A DNA stretch of 60,430 bases, counting the filler, from Squatina squatina (taxonomy: Eukaryota), in the NCBI GenBank assembly GCA_031763465.1. It is 3 parts of 3 records of this genome, joined end to end, with 100 filler letters (N's around TTAATTAATTAA, not from the genome) between each part and the next. Parts side by side here need not be neighbours in the genome. Positions count along the whole stretch, not along the records: positions 47,388 to 60,430 come from JARFOE010000046.1; 2 more parts are not named here. One strand, written 5' to 3'. The notes under the pieces are model-generated. The model worked only from the letters and a program-made list of their open reading frames with translations. It was not told the DNA's origin and did no database searches. A program made the translations under genes and the position numbers. The first letter of the stretch is position 1. Every line of letters begins with the position of its first letter. Shown here piece by piece: positions 47,388-59,800 of this stretch.

Positions 47388-49727
47388 ACCGCAATCATTT
47401 CCAAAGGTAGGTTTTAGAAAGTTACTAAAGCTATAAATCCACTGAGTGATACATTATTTAGATATAGTTCAATTGCACTTTAGGATGTTGAAACAGTAGA
47501 ATTACCATCTGTAGAAGCCAACTTTTATTGCATTAACAATCAAAGATCCTATCAGACATTCTGAAGCACTTTGGAACATTGTGAGATAAGAGACGCTACA
47601 TAGATACATGTTTTCTATTCCCTTAAATTAACAAATCGGCAAAATATTCTTTTAAGGCTGTAACTGAGACAATTAAAGTGCTAGTACATATTTTTATTAG
47701 TGGATCATATTAAAAATGAAGGTTGTCTGCTTTTAAAGCATGTACTAATGAGGCATCTGCAATGTGGAGTGGGGGTTCTGTTTCCTCGCCCTTGAACTTG
47801 ACACGATATATGTGAGACACAACAGTCCCCAAAGCTACATTTAACTACACAACCTAAATGGTATTATGCACTGAAAACCAAAGTAAATCACACAGGTCAC
47901 TTTTTCTTAGTTAATCATAAAACTTTACTGCAGGTAACAGCAGCTAAAACACTATGACCTTCCAGTGGACTTATTTCTTGAGCTAAGCAAAGATTAAATG
48001 GGCTTCTGTGTAGTCAGAAGCATACCCAGATAATATTCACCACAGAAAGCTTCCTGGGTTATTACAATGTCTATCTCAAATCGTGCCAATCTTCAACACA
48101 GTACAGATCATCTTTATCAAATTTTCTTAGAAAGAGAAACAGAGCTTGAACTTGGAATGGATTCTTAAAATGACCACTTTAATGTAAAATAAAATGAATG
48201 CTAATTTTAAAAGGAACTACCTTTTTGAAGGGTGTCTAGAGTGACATTAAAAAATTCATCAATTGAATTAATCTGTATTGGACCTAAAATAGTGGAATCA
48301 ATCTGGGCTGCTGTCAGGCACCTTACAGCAGCTAGATGTTGGGCAGCATTGACAGAAGCCCAAGAGTAAGTCAACAGCCAGGTCTGAGAGTCAGGGAACA
48401 ACACTGTGATATCTAATATGGTGGAAGAATTTTTTGTTTTTGTTTTTTTTTGGGAAAAATGGATGGTAATGGCAAAAGGAATACATCACAAAGTTGGGTT
48501 ATAGTTAACACCAGNNNNNNNNNNNNNNNNNNNNNNNNNNNNNNNNNNNNNNNNNNNNNNNNNNNNNNNNNNNNNNNNNNNNNNNNNNNNNNNNNNNNNN
48601 NNNNNNNNNNNNNNACATGGGAGGCCCCAGCCAATCAGGTAGGTGTATCTTTCAATGAAGTTTTGACAGTTCTCAGCGATCTGTCAAGAACCGTCAAAAC
48701 TTCATTGAAAGATGAAAAACAACACAAACACATCACAAAACATTTTTAAAACTATTCGAACATTAAAATTTAATAAAAACAAAACAAAAAAATTACATTT
48801 TTTTTTAAATGTTCAAAAACATACTTACCTTGCTGGGAATGGTTTTAAAGTAATGTTAAATTTTAAATCAAAAAAAATAATGTAACAATTTCTTATAATG
48901 GTAAAACCAAGCAGATACGCTAGGTTTTACCGAGTGTAAAGAATTTGAAGAGATCCCTAGCGAAAGTTTTGTAAAAATATCGCAAAGCTCAGCACTGGGG
49001 ATGGGCTCTGCAGCCTCAGCATTGGAACTGTCCAGAAGTTTCTGGACAGATCTCAAATGCCAGTTATGCGGGCAGTCGATGAACAGCCCCATAACCGGCT
49101 TTTGCGATGTCTCCCTGGGTGCGTGGGAACATTGTTCCCACCTGGGGAGAACGCAATTTCAGGCCCATTTTCTCTGACACAATGGAGATAATGTGAAATG
49201 ATAGAGAAAAAGACTACAAATCAGGATTTTGACAAGATTGGCAGAGTGGTTCCAAAATGCATCCGGCAGCCATATGTCTGCTGGACTCCAGTTTAGTTGA
49301 GTGCCCAATACAATATTTTAAAAGGTCAACATTTGAGTTTATTTACTGCTTTAAACCGTTTCCTGGTAACTTTACCTGTACAAAGGTATGCTTTACCTGC
49401 ACATTCTCTTCGGTGACCTCTACTTCAGCGGTGTATATATAATCTATTAGTTTACTTAGTGTATGTCCATCTATGTCTTTTATCTCAACTTTCTTTGCTT
49501 TACTTTCAGTCATGTCTCCTACAAAACAAAAAACAAAATTACATTAATTGCAGAGGCAATGCTGTTTGTCACAGAAAACATAATTCGAACAAGTCATGCT
49601 CAAAAGCTCAAATGATTAGAGTGAAATTTGTGCAGAACTGAGAGTAAGTCAAATAATTCAAACAATACCTCCACAGATACATAAATAAGTCCATCTTCAG
49701 GTCAACTGTATCTTCCATTTTACATAA

Positions 49728-49910
49728 AATTACATAGAATATACAGCACAGAAACAGGCCATTCGTGCCAGTCTATGTTGGCATTTATGCTCCACTTGAG
49801 CCTCCTCACATTCTTCTTCATCCAGCTCGATCAGCATAATCCTCTGCTCTCATTTCCCTCATATGCTTATCTAACCGCCCCTTAAATGCATCTACATTAT
49901 TCTCCTCAAC
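49728..49910 (-). mobile_element. CR1 LINE 3' end
   Basis: Tail tacatagaatatacagcacagaaacaggccattcg; minus strand encodes VEENNVDAFKGRLDKHMRE. Confidence 0.8.
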
Positions 49911-50275
49911 NNNNNNNNNNNNNNNNNNNNNNNNNNNNNNNNNNNNNNNNNNNNNNNNNNNNNNNNNNNNNNNNNNNNNNNNNNNNNNNNNNNNNNNNNN
50001 NNNNNNNNNNACTGAAAAAAGTAAACGGACTCGCTCGGAGACTTCAAGGTAAAAAAAAGAAAATGAGAAAAAATACAGCATAAATTACTCACAGATAACC
50101 CGCAATGCTGGCAGAGCCCTAGGAACAGCTAGCCTTCTGCACCTGGGAATGGCACATTGTGATCGGAGATGGGGGAGAAGGAGGAAAAAGAGAAAAGAGA
50201 AAAGAGACCCAAGAGTGACGAAGAGAAGTGATTCAAACAAAACACAGGGAGGCAAAGTTTTTTTTTTAAAGTTAC

Positions 50276-50395
50276 CTTCGCAGCTCATTCATGACTTTGA
50301 AGGCTTTCATCATATGAAAAGGATTCATAGTAACTGGTGCCTGATCCTTATCATCTTCATTCAGATCCACAGTTCGTGCTGGTGAGGACTTGGCA
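50276..50395 (-). CDS. KLHL3: Kelch-like protein 3, pre-BTB exon (120 nt)
   Basis: Acceptor aacagcag| and donor |gtaac; AKSSPARTVDLNEDDKDQAPVTMNPFHMMKAFKVMNELR resembles recalled human TVNPAHMGKAFKVMNELR. Linkage to NPY6R favours KLHL3 over KLHL2. Confidence 0.85.
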
Positions 50396-53300
50396 CTGCT
50401 GTTTATGTAAATGTGAAAATATACATTTAGAGAGAAGTGAAAAATAAAACAAGAATACACGGGAACATAATTAAAGTGGTATTGTCTTTATCACAAGGAG
50501 AGAGAATTGTTAAAGCAGACAAAAATCAGTTCCATCACAATGACACTTTTGTGACAAGTTAAGCATGTGGAAAGAAAGAACAGTGACTACAACAATAACT
50601 TGCATTTATATAGCACCTTTAACATAGTAAAACAATCCAAGGTGTCTATGTCCCTTAGATAAGGAGCTGTTTAATATTTTCAATGTTTTTAACAAATGAT
50701 ACTCAATACTTTTTATCCCTCCAGCATTCTCCAAATTAACTAACTCTACCAGTCAGCAATGGTTGCATACACTGCTGGTGAACACAGAGCCAAAAAAACT
50801 CAANNNNNNNNNNNNNNNNNNNNNNNNNNNNNNNNNNNNNNNNNNNNNNNNNNNNNNNNNNNNNNNNNNNNNNNNNNNNNNNNNNNNNNNNNNNNNNNNN
50901 NNNCTTACGTAGTCTTGAGTTAGGACGTAACACAACAGAAGGAAGAATATGCATACAAAAACTCAGCCCTCCTTGTGTTTGGTATCTGCCACATGAATCA
51001 TCCCAGAATGATTGACGACTGATGTAGCATTCAGAATGTGCCAAATTTGCAAAGTAGTGTGTTTTTTTTTTAAAAAATTAGATCCAATTGAAGCTTAACT
51101 ATAAGCTATTAAATCCCACCCTCAAATCCTTAGTCTACATGACAGGTCCCTCCCCTAGTGAAACTTTTTTTTGTAATTTTTCATACCATTACATTTTAAC
51201 TTCCTTACTCAAATGTGTTTGTGACACAGAACGAACAGATTTGAATATAACCAATCATAAGCACTTCCTGCTTCTCCTCCACGGTCTGTCTTTGTCCACG
51301 TGTTTATAGATTCTAACCAAATCTCATTCTGCACTTTCAAATTCCAGCAATATCAATACCAAGAAACAGGGAGGCAAATTAGGGTTAGCCTCAGGATCTT
51401 ATTTAGTCAACATCACAATTTCTCAACAGTATAAAAAGTGGTTGCAGTCTTCCAACGAAAAAGGGACATCTTGTGCCTGCTAACTAATTTCCCAGGTGGT
51501 TAAAGTGCTCATACTCCTAATCAAAAATCAATAATTTTTCAGACTTACCAAGTTAAGCTGGACAGAATGTAAACTGAATTTTTTTTTATTGTGAAAAAAG
51601 TATACAATTATCCTTGATTAGTTGAATACATTATGTAGCTTCACAGCTACTTCTGTGTACATATCAAATACGTCCCCCTNNNNNNNNNNNNNNNNNNNNN
51701 NNNNNNNNNNNNNNNNNNNNNNNNNNNNNNNNNNNNNNNNNNNNNNNNNNNNNNNNNNNNNNNNNNNNNNNNNNNNNNNTTCACGTCAGCATGTCCAAAT
51801 ACTGAGAAATAACGTGGGGGACTTCCACACCTTCTTTTACCTTCATTAGTGATGTTTCCATTTCCTACACCAGCCCTGCCCACAAACTTAACTGGGGCCA
51901 AAAATGGGCAGACATCAGACGGAACTGATTTACACCTAGTTTATGCTTCATCTGCACATGTTTTTTCTTGGGGTGTAATGGAGGCAAAAAATGGCCTGCT
52001 CATGCCCAAACATGCACATATTCCAGCAGTGGTCACTGAACAGTGAGCAAGAACAGGAAACCTACCCGATGCTTTCCCTCCTCAACCTCGAGTTACCAAA
52101 ACCAAAAGCAGCACCAGCACCCCAGCTCAAGTGCCATTTTGAAAACAATGGTAGTCTTTGGTAAGAGCAAAATCTGATTAAAATATCATTTGTAAGCCAC
52201 TCCACCAAAAATACACATACAAGTTAAAAGATGAACGTACATTGTGTTGGCACTGGAATAAATTGTAAACTTTAATTACAACTTCAAACAGGGCTGATGA
52301 AAACTGCAAAATGAGATTTTAGATTCAAGAGGGATGCAGCCAGATTTGTTCATATCACCAGGCAAATGAATGCTTCATTGTGGTTGCTGTGCAGCAATAT
52401 TATGAATAGCTTTTTTTATAATTTTCAGCGTGGGGTTACAATGTGATTTTTAACATTTTATTAATTTAACAGCTGGACTACAGTGCAAATTGGTAATAGA
52501 TTCATTAGTTTTCTATGTTTATTAATGTTACTAGAAAAGGTGATTACAGTTCCAGATTTTTTTCTGCAAAATTTACATTAGTACCATGGGAAATATCAGT
52601 TGTTCTGTTTCATCTAGAAGCTCTTCAATGTGAAACACAGCACACTGTTTTAATGGTGCAAATTATTTGAAACGTTTTAATAGAGCTTCAATGTTTTTCT
52701 CATACAACTATATCTTAAAACATGATTTCTAAAATCTATGTTAGCAATAGATCTTAGCTTTTTTCTGATTCCTCGATATTTGGAGCTCTGCAAAATCCTA
52801 AATTCAGCTGCAAGATGGTGCTAGAGAATCACATTAATCAGTCTGCTACTGCCATGCTAAAGCCTTGTTAATAACAATATACAATACAGTAATAGCTTTC
52901 CTTAGTCATCACTAACCTGATGGGGATTGACAAGTCATATTGTGAAAGTAAACCACATCCCACCCTATGCTGAGCTGATTGGTGCTGCCCTGTAGCCATT
53001 TGTCCTGTGTTTGATTATTGTTGAGACTCTGCAAGTTGTCTCTGTGGTTGTTTTGGTGTCAATCATAACACGTCAGTTCACCCTGACTAGATTTGGACAA
53101 AGTGCCCTGCACACAAAGGAAAGCTGCATCTTCAAGAATATCATCAGTATCATCTTGTGCAACTATAATGCAATACTATTAGGGATCTAATAGATAAATG
53201 GAAAGAAGTATTCTGTGAACGTGAATGTCCTGAAATCCAATGTTCCTCCTGAATCCAACCGAAGGCTGGACAAAGCATGAAACTGAAAATATTGAACCTC

Positions 53301-55099
53301 ATCAGGTAATCATTATCATATTAAAAATAGATACATTGAAAGGTGTAGACTTGATATCAAAATGTGTTGGTTAAACTGTGATAGAGATGCACTGAAATGA
53401 ATACTGTTCAAAATGTATTTGCGCAAGTCGTATTCTGAAAGTAAACCAAATCACATTCTGCACTGTGCTTACTGGTGCTGCTCTGTAGCCATTTGTCCTG
53501 TTTATGATGATCGTTNNNNNNNNNNNNNNNNNNNNNNNNNNNNNNNNNNNNNNNNNNNNNNNNNNNNNNNNNNNNNNNNNNNNNNNNNNNNNNNNNNNNN
53601 NNNNNNNNNNNNNNNTGGATGCGCACCCATCAAGATACGACATACAACCATCCCCGTCCTTAAAACTACCAGGGATCCATAATACCAGATAAGTAAATAA
53701 ATTATTGCTGTAACTCCCAATAGAAACCCTAGTCCCTATTCCGTGTCTGTTAGTGGTGGATCCCTAGCAACATCAGCATAGACAGCTGCAAAACCTTCAT
53801 TTTGACCATGCACTTCATCCTTTGAAAACAAATAGGCAAGATTCCATAAAACGTTTACCTGTCCTCATAAGCTCCAAGCAGTTACCATCAATGAGCACCT
53901 CGGGTAGAAATAGGTAAAGTGACTGGGTGACTTGATTTGCGTGTTCAACCACCCTCTTCCCAAATGCTGAATTTCAGCCAGGTTGAGGGAACCCAGAATC
54001 TTCAGTGTGGCTTGGAGAAGAGCTGGGCTGCATGGTTCAGGAGGATCTATAGATGATTGGCTGACTGCAAACTGATTTCAGCACTGCTGACCCACTCTAC
54101 AGGCATCTGGTGGAGGATGCAGCTGGATAACCGCCAGTTGCTGCCTTCCAAGGGGATTAAATAAGCAGAAGAGAATTGCTCTGGACAGAATGTGAAAGAG
54201 GTGGGAAACGGGAGACGGAAGAACAGCTGACGCCAATGGCAGCAGCCAAGCCAGAATACCTGAGCTTGTCCTTTAACCTCTGGTCAGTGAGCATTTGAAA
54301 CCTCCTGTAGTCAGGCTGTGCAGCATACCCTGCACCACTGCAGGGGAAAGGAGACACTAACATCATTAATGACAACTAAGCATCTTTTGGTTGTTTTTTC
54401 ATGTATGTGTACATGTTTCTAACTTTGAATTATACTCGCACCTCTATGCATGAAATTTGATCAGTGTTATATTAATACAAAAGTTAGCTTACTACTAAAT
54501 TTTAGGCCACTCTGGTATCAGTTTTTTTGAAACTCTACCCTTGAAATAAATCAGTCATGGTGCTGTGAGCTAAGCTTATCTATTTAGATTTTACGTGCAA
54601 CCATGACAGCTGTTGGCACTCTTTAGTCACTCTAGAGGGTTGTATTCTTGAAGTCTAAGTGCAAACCTACACATGACACTTACATGCCCGATAGATTACT
54701 ACTCTAGCATTATAGCAGAAACAACTGCAGAATGTGAGTATTGTGATTTATGTAATCCATCTAGTTTCTTCGAAAAACTATAGCAGACAGAATAACAATG
54801 TATGGCGCAGGTGGCAGTTGAGTAATTCATTTGATGTGAGAAATATCTCTGGATATATTACTGATATATACATAGGGAAAAGTATGATTATGGTTTGTTC
54901 TGTTTGTGAAGCTTTCTGATTTGCCTCCACCAAGTTTCTAATTCCATTATGATTTGCAATGCAACGTTTTGCAGGGGCACTGTTAATGAGCATTTGGCAG
55001 ACTAATCACCAAGAAATGAACACGACTTTGTGGACGAGCAGCACCAGAGGAGAAATGTCATTCGGAATGGTATTACCACCTAGAGGCGCAAGAACAGAG

Positions 55100-56068
55100 A
55101 AAAGCTAATGCACACTTCAAAAGACATGGGCTAATTAAGACCAGGCAGTACAAATTCTAAAAGGCAATTCACGTCTGACAAATTTAATAAGGGGCTCTTG
55201 CGAGGAAATAAAAGTGTACTTCAAGGATATTATGTATATGGATTTTCAAAAAGCATTTGAAAAGGTGTTGAAAAGGAGGGTTGCTGACAAAACTTGCTGA
55301 TGAAGTGATGAAGGCACATGGTATTAAGGGGAATGTGGGAGCGTGGATAGAAAGTTTATTCAAGGACAGAAAACTGATTGCAGTGGTTAATGGATGCGTT
55401 TGGAGCTGGAGGGATGACCCGGGGTCACTGTTGACGCCAATGTTCCCCCTAATTGTTTTTATGGATGCGTGGTCCCTTTAAAGGGTTGCGCGGCCCATTC
55501 ACAATTTTGCGCATGCGCAAAACTTACCATTGGAAAAGATGGCCCCCGGCTGCCCAGGAACAGCAGAGAGCTTAGAGAGAACCTTGGTTGGCACCATTGC
55601 TTCTTTCAATATATATAAATGATCTGTAAATCTTTGAGGGCACACTATCAAAATTTACAGATGACCAAAAAAGGAGCAGGGACAACCGTGAAGAAGGGTG
55701 AAACACGCAAAATTCTTACAGGGCTCGATGGGGTAGATGCAGGGAGGATGCCTGGGGGTCTAGAACTAGCGGACACAGTCTCAGAATAAGGGGTTGGCCA
55801 TTTAGGACTGAGATGAGGAGAAATTTCTTCACTCGGAGGGTGGTGAATCTTTGAAATTCTCTATCCCAGAGGGCTGTGGAGGCTCAATCATTGAGTACAT
55901 TCATAACAGAGATCGATAGATTTCTAGATATTAAAAGCATCAAGGGATATGGGGATAGTGCAGGGAAATGGTGCTGAGGTAGAAGATCAGCCATGGTCTC
56001 ATTGAATGTCGGGGCAGGCTCGAGGGGCCGAACGGCCTACTCCTGTTCCTGTTCCTTAGGTTTTTATG
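55100..56068 (+). mobile_element. CR1 LINE fragments (RT remnant plus a younger 3' end)
   Basis: YMDFQKAFEKV, AHGIKGNVGAWIES, KFTDD, then SRTSGHSLRIRGWPFRTEMRRNFFTRRVV and the CR1 tail. Confidence 0.85.
55438..55586. mobile_element. 149-bp hAT-type MITE nested in CR1
   Basis: TIRs CAATGTTCCCCCTAA and TTAGAGAGAACCTTG (12/15 complementary); 8-bp flanks GTTGACGC and GTTGGCAC (6/8 identical, putative TSD). Confidence 0.75.
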
Positions 56069-56465
56069 AGCCTGTTCCACCATTCAGTGAGATCATGGCT
56101 CCATCTGCCCGCCTTAGATCCGTAACCCGTAATACCCAACAAAAATATAGCAATCTCAGTTTTGACCGTTTCAATTTTCAAGAGCCCATCCCCCACCTCC
56201 GGCCTCAACAGCTTTTTGGGAGGCGAGAGTTCCAGACTTCCACTTTGCGTGAAAGGAGGATAATGGGATCTGGGAACAGTGCAGGTTTATGGGATTAGGA
56301 TACTGCTAGTGTGGAGTTCCGATTGGGTTAAGCGGCCTGTGTTGTCATTTCTATGTATTGTTACCTAAGCTGCACCCTCAGCTCCACTAGCCTGGCGTGA
56401 GGGTGAGGCTTGTAACACTCGCTGAGCGAGCTGACCGACGTTCTCCCGTGTGCTCTGGTTTCCAG

Positions 56466-56647
56466 GCCTCAAGTACCTGAGCCAGACCAAGGTGGGCCAG
56501 CTGAACCTCGACGGGACGGGTGTGACGCTGCCTGGGATCAGCGGCCTGATGGCGACCTGCCCCGGCATCACCAGCATCCGCGTCAACAACCTGCGAGCCC
56601 TCACTCCAGAGCAGGCCTCGGACGAGGAGATGGTGGCCGAGGATTGA
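56466..56647 (+). CDS. Terminal exon of an unidentified leucine-rich-repeat protein
   Basis: Acceptor tctggtttccag|; (G)LKYLSQTKVGQLNLDGTGVTLPGISGLMATCPGITSIRVNNLRALTPEQASDEEMVAED* has an LxLxxTxVTxxGI..L..CP.I repeat pattern and strongly G/C-ending codons. Confidence 0.7.
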
Positions 56648-57810
56648 ACGGCACATCGGAGGGAAAGCGGGGGCAGTGGGTGGGGGGGNNNNNNNNNNNN
56701 NNNNNNNNNNNNNNNNNNNNNNNNNNNNNNNNNNNNNNNNNNNNNNNNNNNNNNNNNNNNNNNNNNNNNNNNNNNNNNNNNNNNNNNNCATTACAATATA
56801 AAAACACTTGGGGGTTTATGTTCCTCTGTGTACTATTTTTGATGTTTGCATTAAACTCCTTAATGCACTGTTTAATATCGTTATTAACCTGTTTTGTTTT
56901 AAATGGGCTAACAGCGATATTAAAGTGCAGAATAGAATTTAACACATGCATTATTCAGCGTGTTAAAACAGCAGGCAGAAAATTATACCATATATGTGTT
57001 GAGATTGTGTTATGTAGTATTAACGCATTCATATGCAATTCTATTCTCTTAATTCAATTAAGTGTTAATTCATTTATTTTAAATGCATTAGTTAAAATAG
57101 TGGGCAGAGGAATTCCATACAAATCTATTTGTTACTGATATCACGCAGTGCAATTTCAGCCCATTGACTCCTAAGAAAGATGCTATATCAAGGGTGGAGT
57201 GTACCTTTTAATACTGATTTTTATGCTACATTTTGGCATCTGTGGCATATCCTCTTGGGCACTGACCTTGTGCCAGAAGTGTAATATAAAATGAATGAAT
57301 GTGCAATGGTGCTGAAACTTGCATGATAGCGAGAGTTGATCTCACACTGGTAACCACGCGCATCAGCAGCAGAATAAATGCAGCCAGTGTGAAGCTTGTC
57401 ACTAAAGTGTTTTTAAAAAAAAACAAATCTGGTGTACCACCATTCCTACTTCAATGTTTGAAAAGCACTGGCTATACCACAAGCACTTTTCAATCATTAA
57501 CAAAACCTGACCAACAGGCAGAGGCTGGTGAGCAGTGACCCATGTCTACGTTTCAGTAGCCAGGCACACAGCAGTGTCTTTTGCACAGTGATATGAGTGA
57601 GCCATTAAAATTGATGTGTGAGTTTAAGAATGCACTACAAGCACAGTGAATTAACCTTGGTCTGCCCTTTTATTTACAGGATAAATTTATAGGAGCTGGA
57701 AAAGCAAACTTGGATATGTACAAGTGAAATCATTAATACTCGCACAAAATAGAGATGTGAAATATTAATTTATCTCCAAATTAACGTGAAGATATTTGTA
57801 AATAGACTGA

Positions 57811-58944
57811 ATGATGAAAAAAGGTAAAATGGAAGAATTGATGTACAATCACAGCGTAAATAGTTCTGAAGTGATCCATGATGGCGCTGGGCCTCAGTTT
57901 GCAGATTTTGATTCATGCCAAGCTTCTTCACCTGTAATGTTCCTGTTGATTCTTGCATACGGTACAGTGACCATAGTAGGACTTTTTGGTAATCTCTGCC
58001 TCATATTCATCATAAAAAAGCAGAAAGAAAATCATAATGTCACCAATATCCTGATTGCAAATCTTTCTGTATCTGATGTCCTTATCTGTGTCATGTGTAT
58101 TCCTTTCACTATTGTGTACACATTGATGGATTACTGGATATTTGGAGATGTCATGTGCAAAGCAAATTCATTTATCCAGTGTGTATCTGTTACTGTGTCT
58201 ATACTTTCCTTAGTTCTGATTGCTATTGAAAGACATCAGTTAATTGTAAACCCACGTGGCTGGAAGCCCAGTGCCTCCCATGCATGTTGGGGGATTGTAT
58301 TGATCTGGTTCGTATCCCTAATAATCTCCTTTCCATTCATCATATTTCACCTGCTTACAGATGAACCTTTCAGAAATGTTTCTTCACACTCAGAATTCTA
58401 TAAAGACAAATTTGTTTGCATTGAGATCTGGCCCTCAGTAACAGACAGACTGGTCTTTACAACATGTCTCCTCATACTTCAATATTTTGCCCCACTCTGC
58501 TTTATATTTGTATGCTATCTAAAAATCTTTGTATGCCTAAAGAAAAGAAATGGTACGGCAGATAAACTGAGAGAAAACGAGAGTAGGGTGAATGAAAGCA
58601 AAAGAATAAACCTGATGCTGGCCTCAATTGTAGTGGCATTTACAGTCTGCTGGCTGCCATTGAACATCTTCAATGTTGTCTTTGACTGGAATTATGAAGC
58701 TCTGATGAACTGCCACTATAATCTTGTATTTACACTCTGTCATCTGACAGCAATGATATCGACCTGCATTAATCCCATCTTCTATGGATTTCTCAATAAG
58801 AATTTCCAGAAGGACTTAAATATGCTAATTCACTGCAAATACCAATCATCCCAAGAAGAATATGAGAATATTGGCCTCTCAGCCATACACACAGATGTAT
58901 CCAAATGCTCCCTGAAATTAAACAATTCCTCTCCAAGTGTGTAA
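57811..58944 (+). CDS. NPY6R: Neuropeptide Y receptor Y6, intact intronless 377-aa GPCR
   Basis: Seven hydrophobic helices; motifs GN, LxxSD, ERH, CWLP, NPIFY. NVTNILIANLS, LIVNPRGWKP, LNIFNVVFDW and GFLNKNFQKDL match recalled Y6. A splice acceptor at 57678-57679 precedes the ORF. Confidence 0.88.
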   Translation: MMKKGKMEELMYNHSVNSSEVIHDGAGPQFADFDSCQASSPVMFLLILAYGTVTIVGLFGNLCLIFIIKKQKENHNVTNILIANLSVSDVLICVMCIPFTIVYTLMDYWIFGDVMCKANSFIQCVSVTVSILSLVLIAIERHQLIVNPRGWKPSASHACWGIVLIWFVSLIISFPFIIFHLLTDEPFRNVSSHSEFYKDKFVCIEIWPSVTDRLVFTTCLLILQYFAPLCFIFVCYLKIFVCLKKRNGTADKLRENESRVNESKRINLMLASIVVAFTVCWLPLNIFNVVFDWNYEALMNCHYNLVFTLCHLTAMISTCINPIFYGFLNKNFQKDLNMLIHCKYQSSQEEYENIGLSAIHTDVSKCSLKLNNSSPSV

Positions 58945-59499
58945 GATAACTTTCAAATAGATGCTATTTTACAATAATACTTAAATATAATTATTTGCTA
59001 GCTAATTAAAATATACTGGATTTTTATACCAATGAGTTTATCTATGTTTTTGAAACCTTTCTTAACTCAAACTAACAATAGAATAGAAAGTTGTTAATGG
59101 AATGTTCACTTAAAGAGAAAATTTATCCAATCATAAAATTAACTACACTAGCATTTGACAAGGGAATGTATTGCCTGGTANNNNNNNNNNNNNNNNNNNN
59201 NNNNNNNNNNNNNNNNNNNNNNNNNNNNNNNNNNNNNNNNNNNNNNNNNNNNNNNNNNNNNNNNNNNNNNNNNNNNNNNNCATCCCTGCACTCCGTCCCC
59301 ACTCCAACATTAGTGATGCCCTCCATGGCCGAATAGTCAAATTAAAAAATCAAAAGTGGGCAGGCAAAACCACTTTCTAATGTAAATGAACCACCTTTTT
59401 ACTTTCTACCAGTTTTAGCTAAAGAAACTGTGATTAAAATTTTTTTTTTAGAAATTAGCGCTGACTTTACTGGAAAAAAAAACTTGAAGCATTACTCCC

Positions 59500-59800
59500 C
59501 ACTGGGTGACAGCGCCCCAAAAAACGGGTGCTGTCACCGCTACACTTACGGGCTCAAAACACGGCCGAATTGTTGGGCGGGCAGCCATCTTGGGTGCTGC
59601 GCCCAATGATGACGTCACGCCTGCCCTCTACTGCCGGCCGCCGTGCTTCGAGCGCGCCCGGTGCAACATTCCTTTAGCGCCCAGGATCGGGCCACCCGAA
59701 TTGCTGAGTGCACAACTGAGCACCGAAAATCGTCATTAGGCCGTTAACACCCATTTTGCGCTATTTTAGCGCGGGCATTAACGGCCGAAGTGGCCTCCCA
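59500..59800. mobile_element. CpG-rich MITE-like segment, possibly related to 572-862
   Basis: Shares tgacgtca and gtgcaac.t.cc.tt.gcgcc motifs with the 572-862 family; no recognisable ORF. Confidence 0.4.

Noticed and set aside
48821-48836. ATACTTACCT resembling the 5' end of U1 snRNA
   Set aside because: Similarity ends after 10 nt; no U1 stem-loops or Sm site follow.
56789-57163. Hydrophobic 164-aa ORF upstream of NPY6R
   Set aside because: It is AT-rich sequence with internal inverted repeats ending in a MITE-like terminus (aatttcagccc), and its start lies across a gap.
734-59380. Many ORF-track entries that span runs of X
   Set aside because: They are open only because N gaps contain no stops, and they join unrelated contigs.
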